From a virus (Duplodnaviria; Caudoviricetes): 64,000 nucleotides of DNA. Position numbers and translations under genes: made by a program. The DNA is taken from positions 14,281 through 78,280 of the IMG/VR virus record IMGVR_UViG_3300042566_001028, one strand, 5' to 3'. This document shows positions 21,333 to 33,245 of the stretch, piece after piece. The number at the start of each line of letters is the position of its first letter. Position 1 is the stretch's first letter. A model generated the notes under the pieces. That model saw only the letters and a program-made list of their open reading frames with translations, searched no databases and was not told the DNA's origin.

Positions 21333-21533
21333 ATGTCTCTAAAACCTTCTAAAGAAAACTTAAGTAAAACGGAAAAACCTACAAAATTTGAATACATATT
21401 TGAAGATGAAGATTCAAAATCTATCTGGAAGTATGACTTAAAGAAATTCCCGAATGGGCCCGTTTCGGTTGAATATCATTGGAAGGCACACTACCTTAAA
21501 GAATTGGCAATTCGTCAAAAAAGAGGAAGATAA
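21333..21533 (+). CDS. hypothetical protein
   Basis: short ORF in gene-dense context. Confidence 0.55.
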   Translation: MSLKPSKENLSKTEKPTKFEYIFEDEDSKSIWKYDLKKFPNGPVSVEYHWKAHYLKELAIRQKRGR

Positions 21534-21565
21534 TTTGGTAATATCAAAAATCTTTCTTATATTTA
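21534..21565 (+). promoter_or_regulatory. Bacteroidota sigma70-like promoter
   Basis: TTTGGTAAT...TATATTTA, 20-nt spacer. Confidence 0.6.
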
Positions 21566-21588
21566 GTTAACAAACAAAAAACAGAATT

Positions 21589-21771
21589 ATGGCTAGTAAG
21601 AAGCAAGAAATTTTTGAAACAATGAAATCGTTGTTCGTAAAATTTGAAGAAGAGCACAACAAGACAACAAAAGTATCTCAAAAGAATGCAAGAACGCATA
21701 TCGGTGACTTAAAAAAATTAGTTACAGATTATCGTCAGGCCTCAGTAGAAGAAACTAAAACATCAAATTAA
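21589..21771 (+). CDS. Hc1 (histone H1-like) small protein
   Basis: KVSQKNAR...LKKLVTDYRQAS resembles Bacteroidota Hc1 domain. Confidence 0.55.
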   Translation: MASKKQEIFETMKSLFVKFEEEHNKTTKVSQKNARTHIGDLKKLVTDYRQASVEETKTSN

Positions 21772-21778
21772 ACCCAAC

Positions 21779-21813
21779 AGGGTGGAACATATCGTCTCCA
21801 CCCTTTATTTTTT
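21779..21813 (+). terminator. possible intrinsic terminator
   Basis: AGGGTGGA...TCCACCCT hairpin followed by T-rich run. Confidence 0.55.
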
Positions 21814-21832
21814 AACAAAAAACAAAACAAAC

Positions 21833-24800
21833 ATGAAAAAAACGATTCTATCGTTGTTCCTTTCAGTATCAGTTTTAATGGGATTCGGTCAAGTTACCAC
21901 ATCCTCTATTTCTGGTGTAGTTAAGAACGAAAAACAAGAAGTGTTGGTAGGTGCTACAATACATGTAGTTCACACTCCAACAGGTACAAGTTACAAAACC
22001 GTAACAAATAAGAATGGTGTTTATGCATTACCTGCTGTAAGAGTGGGTGGCCCATATACATTACATGCTTCATTTGTCGGATTTAGAAAAGGTGAAGAAA
22101 CGGATGTAAACACTCAATTGGGTGTAACTACAAACGTGAACTTTACATTAGTGGATGAGAAGACTGCTCTTAAAGAAGTAGTTGTGACTGGAACAAAATC
22201 TGGATTATTCTCAAAAGAAAAGACAGGTGCAGCACAACAATTTACTCGTAGAGAATTACAAACTATTCCAATTACAGGAGCAAGAACAATCAATGGTATT
22301 ACTAAATACAATCCATTCGGTGATGGTTCTTCATTTGGAGCACAAGATTCTCGTTTAAACAACTTCACAATTGATGGTTCTCAATTTAATAACAACTTCG
22401 GGTTAGGTTCATCTGCACAAGCGGGTGGTAGAACTGGTGCAAGTGCTATTTCATTGGATGCGATTGACCAATTACAGGTGAATGTTGCCCCATTTGATAT
22501 CCGTCAGTCTGGGTTTACTGGTGCTGGTATCAATGCAGTAACAAGAAGTGGTACAAATGAAGTGGAAGGTAGTGTTTATCAAACACAAAGAGATAATAGT
22601 TCTCGTTATGTTGGTGATAATGCTAAAGGAACAAAAGTAACTGCATCTAAATTTGATGAGAAGGTACAAGGTTTCCGTTTAGGGGCACCAATTATTAAGA
22701 ACAAATTATTTATCTTTGGTAACTACGAATCAATTGAAAGAACTGAGCCAGGTACAACTTGGATTTCAACAGGTTCTCCATTGGCAGGTTCACAAGTAAG
22801 TAGACCAACTTTCCAACAATTGACTGACCTTTCTAAATTTATGAAAGATAAGTTCAATTATGAAACAGGTCCATTTGAAGGTTATTCTAACACAAACACA
22901 TCTAACAAATTTTTAGTTCGTGTTGATTGGAATATTAACGATAAGAACAAATTAACTGCTCGTTATGTGTTCCATAATTCTGAAGCACAAATCGGAATTT
23001 CAAATTCAAATTCGGCGGGTGCGGGAAGTAGAACACAAAACATCAACGCAATGTCTTTCCAAAATAGTGGATATACTATTCAGGATAATACTCGTTCAGC
23101 AGTATTGGAATTAAACTCTAAGATTTCAAATACATTATACAATAACTTAATTGTATCGTATGACAAACAAATTGAGAACAGAGGTTATATGAGCCAAATG
23201 TTCCCAACGATTGATATCTTACAATCTACCCCAACTCTTACATCAGTAGGATTTGACCCATTCACTCCGGGTAACAAATTAGATTACAATACTTTTAATG
23301 TAACTAACAACTTAACAAAATATGCAGGTAAGCATACTTTGGTTGGTGGTTTTAACTTCCAAAAGTATCAATCAAATAACTTATTTTTCCCCGCATCTAA
23401 TGGTGTTTACATCTTTAATAGTTTAAATGATTTCTACACTGCAGCTAATCAATCATTAGCAAATGGTGGAAGACCATCTACATTTGCACCTGCAAGATTT
23501 CAATTCCGTTACTCGGCATTACCAGGAGCAATTGAACCAATGCAAACTTTAAAATCAGATAGATTAGATTTATACTTACAAGATGAATATAACGCAACTA
23601 GAGATTTGAAATTAACATTTGGTGCAAGAGTAAACATCATTGGTTTTGAAAATACGGCATTAGAAAACAAAGCAGTAACTGCAATGACTTTTGCAAATGG
23701 TGAAAAATTAAATACAGGTCTAATGCCTAAAACACAAGTTCTTTTTGAACCAAGATTAGGTTTCAACTACGACTTGAAAGGACAAAAGAAAACACAATTT
23801 AGAGGTGGTACTGGTGTATTCACAGGTAGACCTCCTTATGTATTCTTATCTAACCAAATCGGTAACAATGGTGTGTTGACAGGATTTATTGATGTGACAG
23901 GAGCAGCGGCAGCCCAATATGGTTTCACTGCCGACCCTAACAAATATTTCATCCCATCAACTCCACAATTGCCTTCAACATTTGACTTAGCATTAACTGA
24001 CCCTAACTACAAATTCCCACAAGTTTGGAAAACAAATTTGGCAGTAGACCAAAAGTTACCATTCTTCGGATTAGTAGCAAGTGCTGAATATCTTTATAAT
24101 AAAACACTTAACGCAGTTCATTACTACGAAGCTAATTTAAGAGCACCTGTTGGAACTTTGGGTGGCGTAGATAACAGACCTCGTTTCGGTGGTACGGATG
24201 CAACTGTGAGAGTAAATAACAATGTAAGTAGAGCAATAGTTCTTACAAATAGAGATGGTGCATATCACGAATCATTGACATTGAAATTAGAGAAACCATA
24301 TCAAAAAGGTTTCTGGGGTTCATTCGCTTGGACAACTGCTAACTCAAAAGACTTTATGAGTGCGGGTTCAATCGCTAGTGGTAGTTGGCAATCAGCTTTA
24401 TCAGTAGCAGGTAACAACGATTTAGGATTATCGTTTGCCGACCAATTTGTTAAAAACAGATTCGTAGGTTTATTAGGATATAGAATTGAATATGGTTCTA
24501 AATATGGTGGAGCTACTACATTTACATTAGGTTATGTAGGACAACAAGGTAATCCATATTCTTATGTTGTAACAAGTAGTTCAACTGCAGATTTCAATGG
24601 AGATAGAGTATATAATAACGATTTAATTTTCGTTCCAATGAAAGGTTCGGATATGAAATTTACTAGTTTTACTTCAGGTGGTAAAACATTTACTGAAGCA
24701 GAACAACAAGCTGCATTTGATAAGTTTATCGGACAAGATAAATACTTATCAACTCGTAGAGGTCAATATGCTGAAAGAAATGGTGGTTTATTACCTTACT

Positions 24801-25123
24801 TACATAGATTTGATTTATCGGTAGCACAAGATGTATTTGTTAAAATTGGTGGAAAGAGAAATGCTTTCCAAATCAGAGCAGATATCTTAAACTTCGGTAA
24901 TATGATTGACAATAAGTTTGGTGTTTCACAAAGAGCTACGGCACCTCAAATTTTGAACTTTGTAAGCAGAGATGCAGTTACAAATGTTCCAACATTTAGA
25001 TTGGCAACACAAAGATTAACAGATGGTTCTACTATTTTAGCTAGAGATAGTTATCAGTACAACTCATCAGTATTTGATGTATGGTCTGCACAATTAGGTA
25101 TCCGTTACATCTTCGGTAAATAA
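21833..25123 (+). CDS. TonB-dependent outer-membrane receptor, Oar/carboxypeptidase-regulatory-domain type
   Basis: signal peptide, ISGVV..GATI..GPYTL, EVVVTG, plug NNFTIDG..INAVTRSGTN, EPRLGFNYD, C-terminal QLGIRYIF. Confidence 0.93.
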   Translation: MKKTILSLFLSVSVLMGFGQVTTSSISGVVKNEKQEVLVGATIHVVHTPTGTSYKTVTNKNGVYALPAVRVGGPYTLHASFVGFRKGEETDVNTQLGVTTNVNFTLVDEKTALKEVVVTGTKSGLFSKEKTGAAQQFTRRELQTIPITGARTINGITKYNPFGDGSSFGAQDSRLNNFTIDGSQFNNNFGLGSSAQAGGRTGASAISLDAIDQLQVNVAPFDIRQSGFTGAGINAVTRSGTNEVEGSVYQTQRDNSSRYVGDNAKGTKVTASKFDEKVQGFRLGAPIIKNKLFIFGNYESIERTEPGTTWISTGSPLAGSQVSRPTFQQLTDLSKFMKDKFNYETGPFEGYSNTNTSNKFLVRVDWNINDKNKLTARYVFHNSEAQIGISNSNSAGAGSRTQNINAMSFQNSGYTIQDNTRSAVLELNSKISNTLYNNLIVSYDKQIENRGYMSQMFPTIDILQSTPTLTSVGFDPFTPGNKLDYNTFNVTNNLTKYAGKHTLVGGFNFQKYQSNNLFFPASNGVYIFNSLNDFYTAANQSLANGGRPSTFAPARFQFRYSALPGAIEPMQTLKSDRLDLYLQDEYNATRDLKLTFGARVNIIGFENTALENKAVTAMTFANGEKLNTGLMPKTQVLFEPRLGFNYDLKGQKKTQFRGGTGVFTGRPPYVFLSNQIGNNGVLTGFIDVTGAAAAQYGFTADPNKYFIPSTPQLPSTFDLALTDPNYKFPQVWKTNLAVDQKLPFFGLVASAEYLYNKTLNAVHYYEANLRAPVGTLGGVDNRPRFGGTDATVRVNNNVSRAIVLTNRDGAYHESLTLKLEKPYQKGFWGSFAWTTANSKDFMSAGSIASGSWQSALSVAGNNDLGLSFADQFVKNRFVGLLGYRIEYGSKYGGATTFTLGYVGQQGNPYSYVVTSSSTADFNGDRVYNNDLIFVPMKGSDMKFTSFTSGGKTFTEAEQQAAFDKFIGQDKYLSTRRGQYAERNGGLLPYLHRFDLSVAQDVFVKIGGKRNAFQIRADILNFGNMIDNKFGVSQRATAPQILNFVSRDAVTNVPTFRLATQRLTDGSTILARDSYQYNSSVFDVWSAQLGIRYIFGK

Positions 25124-25148
25124 GATTACGCAGTCAAAATATACTCAC

Positions 25149-25180
25149 AATCCCTCACCTTAAAAAGTGGGGGATTTTTT
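25149..25180 (+). terminator. intrinsic terminator
   Basis: AATCCCTCAC/GTGGGGGATT hairpin plus T tract. Confidence 0.8.
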
Positions 25181-25181
25181 A

Positions 25182-25213
25182 TTTGGTGGATTAAAATATT
25201 TTTCGTATATTAG
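25182..25213 (+). promoter_or_regulatory. Bacteroidota sigma70-like promoter for groEL
   Basis: TTTGG...CGTATATTAG, 20-nt spacer. Confidence 0.65.
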
Positions 25214-25236
25214 AGTATAAACAAAAAACAAAATAG

Positions 25237-26859
<1,623 letters not shown>

Positions 26860-26884
26860 TAAATAAAACAATAAAACAAAACAA

Positions 26885-27091
26885 ATGGCAAAGTATTATT
26901 CAGTACAAGTAGCAATCGAAGTAGAAGATGCTAAAGGTAAGATTAAAAAACAAAAAGAAAACTATTTAGTAGACGCAATGTCGGTGACAGAAGCAGAAGC
27001 TAAGTTGGTAAACAAATTCATTGAAGAAGCAGTTAAGCTTGAATATGAAGTAGTAAAAGTATCGGAAACAAACATTATTGAAGTATTCTAA
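26885..27091 (+). CDS. DUF4494-like protein
   Basis: KKQKENYLVDAMSVTEAEA, typical of Bacteroidota DUF4494. Confidence 0.7.
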   Translation: MAKYYSVQVAIEVEDAKGKIKKQKENYLVDAMSVTEAEAKLVNKFIEEAVKLEYEVVKVSETNIIEVF

Positions 27092-27092
27092 T

Positions 27093-27341
27093 ATGGAAAA
27101 AGAACTCAAAGAACAAAAGGAATTAGTCCTTAAAAGAGTTCCACCCGGAGATAGATGGATATTTGCTGACTTAAAAAATAGTGCAGTATATCCATCTCTC
27201 ACCGATGCTTTGGAAGCTTGGTATCAAACAAATGGTGATACTAACTTTTATATCGAAGCTAGAAAGGGAACTGTAGAAATTATTAGACAAGAAGAAGTAG
27301 AAATACCCGTTAAAAGATTTTCTCTATATGGAGAGGATTAA
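27093..27341 (+). CDS. hypothetical protein
   Basis: RVPPGDRW motif; ORF. Confidence 0.6.
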   Translation: MEKELKEQKELVLKRVPPGDRWIFADLKNSAVYPSLTDALEAWYQTNGDTNFYIEARKGTVEIIRQEEVEIPVKRFSLYGED

Positions 27342-27395
27342 TTTAACTAAAAATTTTTAATATTTATATTTAATTCTAAACAAAAACAAAAAACA

Positions 27396-27653
27396 ATGAG
27401 TACATTCGTATTATTCGTAGTTGCAGTGGCAGTAGCAGGTGCAGTTACTTATATCCTTATGAAAAAGGGTACAATCGCAGACGCAAACAACAACAACATT
27501 CCAGATACAATCGAAGAAAAGATTGAAGAAGCTAAAGTTGTAGTTAAGAAAGCAAAAGCTAAAGTTGAAAAAGCTAAAGAAGTTGTAGCAGAAGTTAAAA
27601 AAGTAGCTGATAAAGTTACAAAACCTGCAACTAAAAAATCAACAAAAAAATAA
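27396..27653 (+). CDS. membrane-anchored Lys/Ala-rich protein
   Basis: TM helix, DANNNNIPD, basic tail. Confidence 0.65.
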   Translation: MSTFVLFVVAVAVAGAVTYILMKKGTIADANNNNIPDTIEEKIEEAKVVVKKAKAKVEKAKEVVAEVKKVADKVTKPATKKSTKK

Positions 27654-27680
27654 GTAAAGTAAATCGGAAAATAACTAAAA

Positions 27681-27812
27681 ATGGCAAAAGCAAAAGCTAT
27701 CAGTTCTAATAAAACCACATTTGGTACAAGAAAGACTGGCCCTGGTTCTGGACAAAAAAGTTTCAATAAACACACTCCAAAACCAAAAAGGTATAGAGGA
27801 CAAGGTAGATAA
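27681..27812 (+). CDS. small basic protein (43 aa, ends KRYRGQGR)
   Basis: MAKAKAISSNKTTFG...PKRYRGQGR; below the ORF-track cutoff. Confidence 0.65.
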   Translation: MAKAKAISSNKTTFGTRKTGPGSGQKSFNKHTPKPKRYRGQGR

Positions 27813-27813
27813 A

Positions 27814-28737
27814 ATGATTAGACTAAAATCTTTATTAAAAGAAGATGACATCGTAAAAAACAAAAAGACAGGAAATGTCTATATTGTTAAACAGATGGAC
27901 CCGGCTAAACACGACAAACCTACCCCTGCGGAAACTGATAAAACAAAACAGGCAAACCCGACCACAATTAAAGGAAAAACATCTGGTAAAGATATTCAAA
28001 CAACTAATATCGGTGGTGGTAAAGTATATGGTACTATTCATAGAAATACCAAAATGGTTGATGATATAGTTGACCATATAAAATCCACAATACCAAAAGA
28101 TAGATGGAAAGACATCGTATTTGTAGGTGAAGGTGGTGCAACTAATAAAGAAACAGGTGAATTAGAATTCCACGATGAAATGGATTATGCAGTTCCAAAG
28201 TTTAAAGAAATGGGTGCAAGTGTTGATACATTTGATGGTGATGAATTGGATGTTCATAAACCAGATTCTAAACTATACAAAAAACAAATTGAAAAAACAG
28301 GACTAAACCAATCACAGGTTAATGCCGGTAATTGGGCTAGTATGATTGGACAGGGTGAGGGTACCGATACAATGAAACCATCTAAATTTTTAGATGATGC
28401 GGGTAAGCAATTTTTACAAGATGCAGCAAAAGAAGCAGGATTTCCTACAATAGAAAATTTCGACAATCCAACTGAACAAGATATAGATACATTATATAGA
28501 TTATCATTTCCACTAGATAATGGTGATACTGAAACGAAAGTCAATGATATTCAAGTTGCATTTAATGAAATAAGAGATGAGAATATAATAAATAAATCAA
28601 ACGAATTGGAAAAACAGGGAAAAATTCCAATCGTAATTGCAGGAGAAGGTCATATTGAATTAGTTAAAAACGCAATGACCCAAAAACCAAAAATATCAGA
28701 ATTTTCTTTAAGAGGTATTCTTAAATCAATTAAATAA
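27814..28737 (+). CDS. hypothetical protein, probable virion-internal (MIRLKSLLKE start)
   Basis: LKSLLxE N-terminus shared with the 29602 ORF. Confidence 0.65.
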   Translation: MIRLKSLLKEDDIVKNKKTGNVYIVKQMDPAKHDKPTPAETDKTKQANPTTIKGKTSGKDIQTTNIGGGKVYGTIHRNTKMVDDIVDHIKSTIPKDRWKDIVFVGEGGATNKETGELEFHDEMDYAVPKFKEMGASVDTFDGDELDVHKPDSKLYKKQIEKTGLNQSQVNAGNWASMIGQGEGTDTMKPSKFLDDAGKQFLQDAAKEAGFPTIENFDNPTEQDIDTLYRLSFPLDNGDTETKVNDIQVAFNEIRDENIINKSNELEKQGKIPIVIAGEGHIELVKNAMTQKPKISEFSLRGILKSIK

Positions 28738-28761
28738 TATATTTATAATAAACTATAAATT

Positions 28762-29601
28762 ATGTTGTTAAGAAAAGGTGATAATAATGAGAATGTAAAG
28801 TTAATGCAACAAAAGTTGGGTATTGAACCAGCTGTTACTAACTTTGGCCCAAAAACAGAAGCTGCAGTAAAAGCTTGGCAGTCTGCACATGGTTTGACTC
28901 CAGATGGTATCGTAGGTGATAAGACTTGGGCAATGATTATGGCAGAAGGACAATCGGTTCCTACTCCAGTTGAAACTCCAATACCACAATCAACAGGTGG
29001 ATTAAAATTAGACAAATTAAAAGGACATATTCCAGACGCAGTAATCGCAATGATTCCTGACACTGCTGCAAAATTTGGCATCAACACTCCATTAAGATTA
29101 GCACACTTCTTAGCACAATGTGGACATGAAAGTGGTGGATTTAGATTAACACAAGAAAATCTAAACTATTCAGCTAAAGGATTGAATGGTATATTTAAAA
29201 AGTATTTCCCAACTGAAGCAGCTGCAGCACCCTACAATAGAAACCCACAAAAAATTGCAAACAAAGTTTACTCTAATAGAATGGGTAACGGAACTGAAGC
29301 AAGCGGTGATGGTTATAAATTCAGAGGTAGAGGGTATATTCAATTAACAGGCAAAGATAACTACACTGCATTTGGTAAATCAATCGGAGTAGATATGACG
29401 GTTAATCCAGATTTAGTAGCATCTCAATACGCATTACTTTCAGCAGCATGGTTCTTTACTAAAAACGGATTACACAAAATGGCTGATGGTGGTGCAACCG
29501 ACGCAGTAGTAACATCTATTACTAAAAGAGTAAATGGTGGAACAATTGGATTGGCCGACAGAATTAAACATTTCAAAGAATATTACCATCTATTGGCGTA
29601 A
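28762..29601 (+). CDS. endolysin: peptidoglycan-binding domain plus GH19 lysozyme-like domain
   Basis: FGPKTEAAVKAWQ..DGIVG; HFLAQCGHESG, FRGRGYIQLTG, RVNGG. Confidence 0.93.
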   Translation: MLLRKGDNNENVKLMQQKLGIEPAVTNFGPKTEAAVKAWQSAHGLTPDGIVGDKTWAMIMAEGQSVPTPVETPIPQSTGGLKLDKLKGHIPDAVIAMIPDTAAKFGINTPLRLAHFLAQCGHESGGFRLTQENLNYSAKGLNGIFKKYFPTEAAAAPYNRNPQKIANKVYSNRMGNGTEASGDGYKFRGRGYIQLTGKDNYTAFGKSIGVDMTVNPDLVASQYALLSAAWFFTKNGLHKMADGGATDAVVTSITKRVNGGTIGLADRIKHFKEYYHLLA

Positions 29602-30648
29602 ATGATGTTGTTAAAATCTTTACTAAACGAACTTTCAAATTGGACGGCCACTAAAAAAGATAGTGGTAAGATTGTTTCTTTTATAAGTAAACAAAATAGA
29701 GATGCCGCAATAAAAAAAGGTACACACGTTGACTCAAAAACAAACAAACCGACTCAGAAAAATAAAAAGGTCAACCCCAAAAAACCTGTTAGTAAACCCA
29801 AAAGAGTCAATGTTTTTGGAACTAATAAAAAAGAAGAACCAATCAAATCTCCTAATGTACCTATAAAAAGTAGAACGTTAGATACAATAGATAATCTATA
29901 TGATAATATGGTTAGTAGGTGGAATGTTGAAAAACAAAAATCCGTTGCTAAAATAGAAAAAACTGCAATAAAAAAACAAGGAGAATGGATAAAAAACTTA
30001 GTAAAAGGTGGTGTGGATGCCAATAAGTATGATACTATAATGTATAATTGGCAAAATTGGTCAGATAAGAAATCATTAAAATCAATAGATAAACTTCTTA
30101 AAAATTATCCACCACCACCAATTGAAACAAAAGAACCGATATATAGAGGTATTATCCTTTCAAAAAAGGAATATACAAAATTATTAGAAGATTTTAATAA
30201 TAAAAAAAATATTAAATTACCAATTAGTTCATTTACAACATCCTTTGAAACAGCAACAGATTTTGCTAATCCAATAGAACATCCACTAATGATAAAAACA
30301 GGTGATAAACCATATTCTGTTGTTTTTAGAGTTAAAAGTGAATGTGATAAATTAAACGCATTTTCTATGAATAGTAATATCGTATCTAAACGATTAAAAC
30401 CCTATTCAGAATCTTTTTCAAATGAACATGAAGTATTGATGCCATCCAATCAAAAATACAAAGTGGATAAAATAAACTATGTTAAATTTTCAGATAAAAA
30501 ATCATTTGCTAAAAGTATGGCATTTATTGATTTGGTTCAAACGTGTGCAAAAAATGAAGCAATTGGAGATGATGTGGATTTTACAAATGATGAATTTTAT
30601 ACAAATATATTCCAAACACATATGAGACTAGATAAAGAGGGAGATTAA
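29602..30648 (+). CDS. R-S-E class ADP-ribosyltransferase (Alt/VIP2-like)
   Basis: IYRGI, ISSFTTS, NEHEVLM catalytic motifs. Confidence 0.7.
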   Translation: MMLLKSLLNELSNWTATKKDSGKIVSFISKQNRDAAIKKGTHVDSKTNKPTQKNKKVNPKKPVSKPKRVNVFGTNKKEEPIKSPNVPIKSRTLDTIDNLYDNMVSRWNVEKQKSVAKIEKTAIKKQGEWIKNLVKGGVDANKYDTIMYNWQNWSDKKSLKSIDKLLKNYPPPPIETKEPIYRGIILSKKEYTKLLEDFNNKKNIKLPISSFTTSFETATDFANPIEHPLMIKTGDKPYSVVFRVKSECDKLNAFSMNSNIVSKRLKPYSESFSNEHEVLMPSNQKYKVDKINYVKFSDKKSFAKSMAFIDLVQTCAKNEAIGDDVDFTNDEFYTNIFQTHMRLDKEGD

Positions 30649-30662
30649 TTCTCTATTTTTTA

Positions 30663-30694
30663 TTTGGTATACTAAATAATTTTTCGTATATTAC
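30663..30694 (+). promoter_or_regulatory. Bacteroidota sigma70-like promoter
   Basis: TTTGGTAT...CGTATATTAC. Confidence 0.6.
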
Positions 30695-30698
30695 TTAT

Positions 30699-30887
30699 AT
30701 GGAAAAATTAAAAATTACATTAAATGTCATTATTGTTACCTGTGTAATAGGTTTAGCAATATCTTATTTGACACAATTGATACCGATGTTACCAAAATTA
30801 ACTTTTTTGGAAGCAGTTGGTGTATATTGTCTTTGGACACCTGTTCATCATTTTTTGAATAGTTTTGGAAAAGATAATATAGAATAA
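30699..30887 (+). CDS. small two-TM membrane protein
   Basis: hydrophobic segments. Confidence 0.55.
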   Translation: MEKLKITLNVIIVTCVIGLAISYLTQLIPMLPKLTFLEAVGVYCLWTPVHHFLNSFGKDNIE

Positions 30888-30944
30888 ATACTGATTATAA
30901 TCACTTCGTTATATTTATATTCGTAAAAGTAAAATGAGTATAAA

Positions 30945-31598
30945 ATGAAAGCAAAGTTATTGCAATTAAAGCAAAATTGGAGAGATACCCTTGCGATGGT
31001 ATTTCTAAGTTTAGTAGGTATATGGATTGTTTTCGCATTGTTATTCCAACTTACAATGGTTGGTATACATTTTGCAGGTAAAACCGAATTGGAAACAAAT
31101 ATATCAAATTGGTTTAGTTGGAAATTTGATGGAACATTCAAAAACGACCCTAACAATATTTGGTATAACGCCGAAGACCATATTTGGGTTGAGAGTGTTA
31201 CAAATCAAGTTAAAATAGGAAAATTAGCCGGAAATAGAAAATTGGAATTCGGTGTAAAGAATATATTAGAAGAATATTTGCAAGATAAAGGTTATGACAT
31301 CACCCCATCTGCAACTTACAAATTGAAAGTGGATATTATATTTTTAGATGTATTAACGACTAAAAAGAATGTATCAGTATTTCATAGTAACGAACAAGAA
31401 GTTGTTATCCGTTTAAGAGGAACACTTTACAAAGATGGTAAAAAAGAAAAAGAGGTTATGGTTGAAGAAAGTTCATCAGAAATCTCTATGTCAACTCTCA
31501 TAGTAGATGAAGGTGGAAAGTTCAATCAGACTTCGTTAAGTAATGCACTTAAAAAAGGTTCCGGTCAACTTATCACCAAACTATTAGGAGAAAAATAA
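30945..31598 (+). CDS. membrane-anchored periplasmic protein (CsgG/TolB-N-like alpha/beta domain)
   Basis: N-terminal TM; FGVKNILEEYLQ..beta-strands..ALKK pattern parallels the 40566 ORF. Confidence 0.5.
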   Translation: MKAKLLQLKQNWRDTLAMVFLSLVGIWIVFALLFQLTMVGIHFAGKTELETNISNWFSWKFDGTFKNDPNNIWYNAEDHIWVESVTNQVKIGKLAGNRKLEFGVKNILEEYLQDKGYDITPSATYKLKVDIIFLDVLTTKKNVSVFHSNEQEVVIRLRGTLYKDGKKEKEVMVEESSSEISMSTLIVDEGGKFNQTSLSNALKKGSGQLITKLLGEK

Positions 31599-33244
31599 TG
31601 AAAAAAATCATTTTATTTATTGGGGTATTCTTATCAATATCCCTATCGGCATTTAGTCAATTAAATATTAGTCAGTCACTAACTCCAACAACTGGATTAA
31701 AAGTTGGTGATACTATAACAGTTAAATATACTTTAACAAAAGGGGACACTATTGTTAATCCTCGTTATCTTTGGTTTAGATACCAATTTAACAATAAGGC
31801 ATTGACTTACCTTTCAACTGAATTTAATCAGGGTGCATCAACACAAACATTTTATACAGGTTGGAATAACTATAAGTTTACTCCAAATGCAGGTGCAAGT
31901 GATAACGCTTTGAATTTACAATATAGTTTAAGTCCTTGGAATTATGCAGTAAATGCAGATTGGAATGTTGGTCAATTGACAATTCAAAGAGCAGACCGTT
32001 CTATCACAGGATTGTTGGCAACACAAAAATATATTCTAAAAGACCAAAATACTTATAACAACATTTTCAAAATAGACTTAGCAACTGGTACTGATACAAC
32101 TGGTGCAAATGTTGGAACTATTACCGGTGGTGGATTTTCATCTATAACAAATGTAACAGGTAATACATCACAATTCAAAGTTAGAGTTTTATTCCCACAA
32201 GGATATACGATTTCTGACCACAATGTTCAATTGATGAGATTGAAAACGGATGGTAGTGGTGATATAGACTGGTCACAACAACCTATTACACAGGCTGCAT
32301 TGGATGCAAGTGGTGAGGTAATATTCACATCAGGTATTAAAGTTGGTGATAGTGTTGGTGTATTTGTATCACCTGCTTCTCAAAAGACTTGGATGAATAA
32401 TGTAATCACAGTTTCAGATGCATATAAAGCATTCTTAGGACATTCTCAAACTGATATTAGTGGAACTGCAAACTTCTTTACAAGACCTGTTTTAGAAAGA
32501 AAAATAGGTAATGTAACAAAAAATGATATGACATTCAACGAAGCTGACTCATATAACTTATTTGCATATGTAATCGGACAAGATGTATCTACAAATGCAT
32601 TTATCCCAACATCAACTTCAACTTCTTGGAGATGGCATAGTGGTTTGTTAAATCAAAGTTGGTTAGATAGTATTACTAAGAATAGAGTATACGTTACCGC
32701 TCCATCACAAACCGTTGATGCGGTATTTGCATGGGGTGGTGATTTAAACTGGTCACACTCATCTCATCCTGACACAATTGCAACTAGAATTACACAAGGT
32801 AATTTTACAAATTCAATAAACGATAGAAACTTCCAATCATTCTCAGTAAAGTCAATGTCATATACTCAACCTACATTTGAAAAGGCAACATTGGGTATCA
32901 ACTCTACTTTAGAAAATGGTAAAGTTATATTAACTGCAACATTAACAAAAGAAGGATTGGCAGGTTTACAAGTTATTATGAATTATGATGAAAGTAAATT
33001 AACTTTGGATAATGTTTCATTTGATGCAGGTTCTACAATTACAAACTTTTCAACTCGTGATGGTAGTAGATTAACATTTGGTTCAATTGACCAATTAAAG
33101 ACAGCAAGAATCAAAGTGGGAACACCATATAAATTAGTATTCACACCAAAAGAAACTTTAACAAATACTGCAGGATTATTCTATTTTATATTAGCAGATG
33201 CAGTAGATGGTTTGGGTAAGAAAATTGATTTAACAATAGAATAA
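31598..33244 (+). CDS. secreted cohesin-like / dockerin-like / cohesin-like protein
   Basis: SPI signal; KVGDTITV..YQFNNKAL; ITVSDA..GNV..FNEAD; AGLQVIMNYDESKL. Confidence 0.6.
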   Translation: MKKIILFIGVFLSISLSAFSQLNISQSLTPTTGLKVGDTITVKYTLTKGDTIVNPRYLWFRYQFNNKALTYLSTEFNQGASTQTFYTGWNNYKFTPNAGASDNALNLQYSLSPWNYAVNADWNVGQLTIQRADRSITGLLATQKYILKDQNTYNNIFKIDLATGTDTTGANVGTITGGGFSSITNVTGNTSQFKVRVLFPQGYTISDHNVQLMRLKTDGSGDIDWSQQPITQAALDASGEVIFTSGIKVGDSVGVFVSPASQKTWMNNVITVSDAYKAFLGHSQTDISGTANFFTRPVLERKIGNVTKNDMTFNEADSYNLFAYVIGQDVSTNAFIPTSTSTSWRWHSGLLNQSWLDSITKNRVYVTAPSQTVDAVFAWGGDLNWSHSSHPDTIATRITQGNFTNSINDRNFQSFSVKSMSYTQPTFEKATLGINSTLENGKVILTATLTKEGLAGLQVIMNYDESKLTLDNVSFDAGSTITNFSTRDGSRLTFGSIDQLKTARIKVGTPYKLVFTPKETLTNTAGLFYFILADAVDGLGKKIDLTIE

Positions 33245-33245
33245 T

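Noticed and set aside
27721-27813. Upstream extension of the 27721 ORF (likewise 1823, 9582, 21782, 39780)
   Set aside because: The extensions overlap upstream genes or terminators; downstream ATGs with A-rich leaders give better starts.
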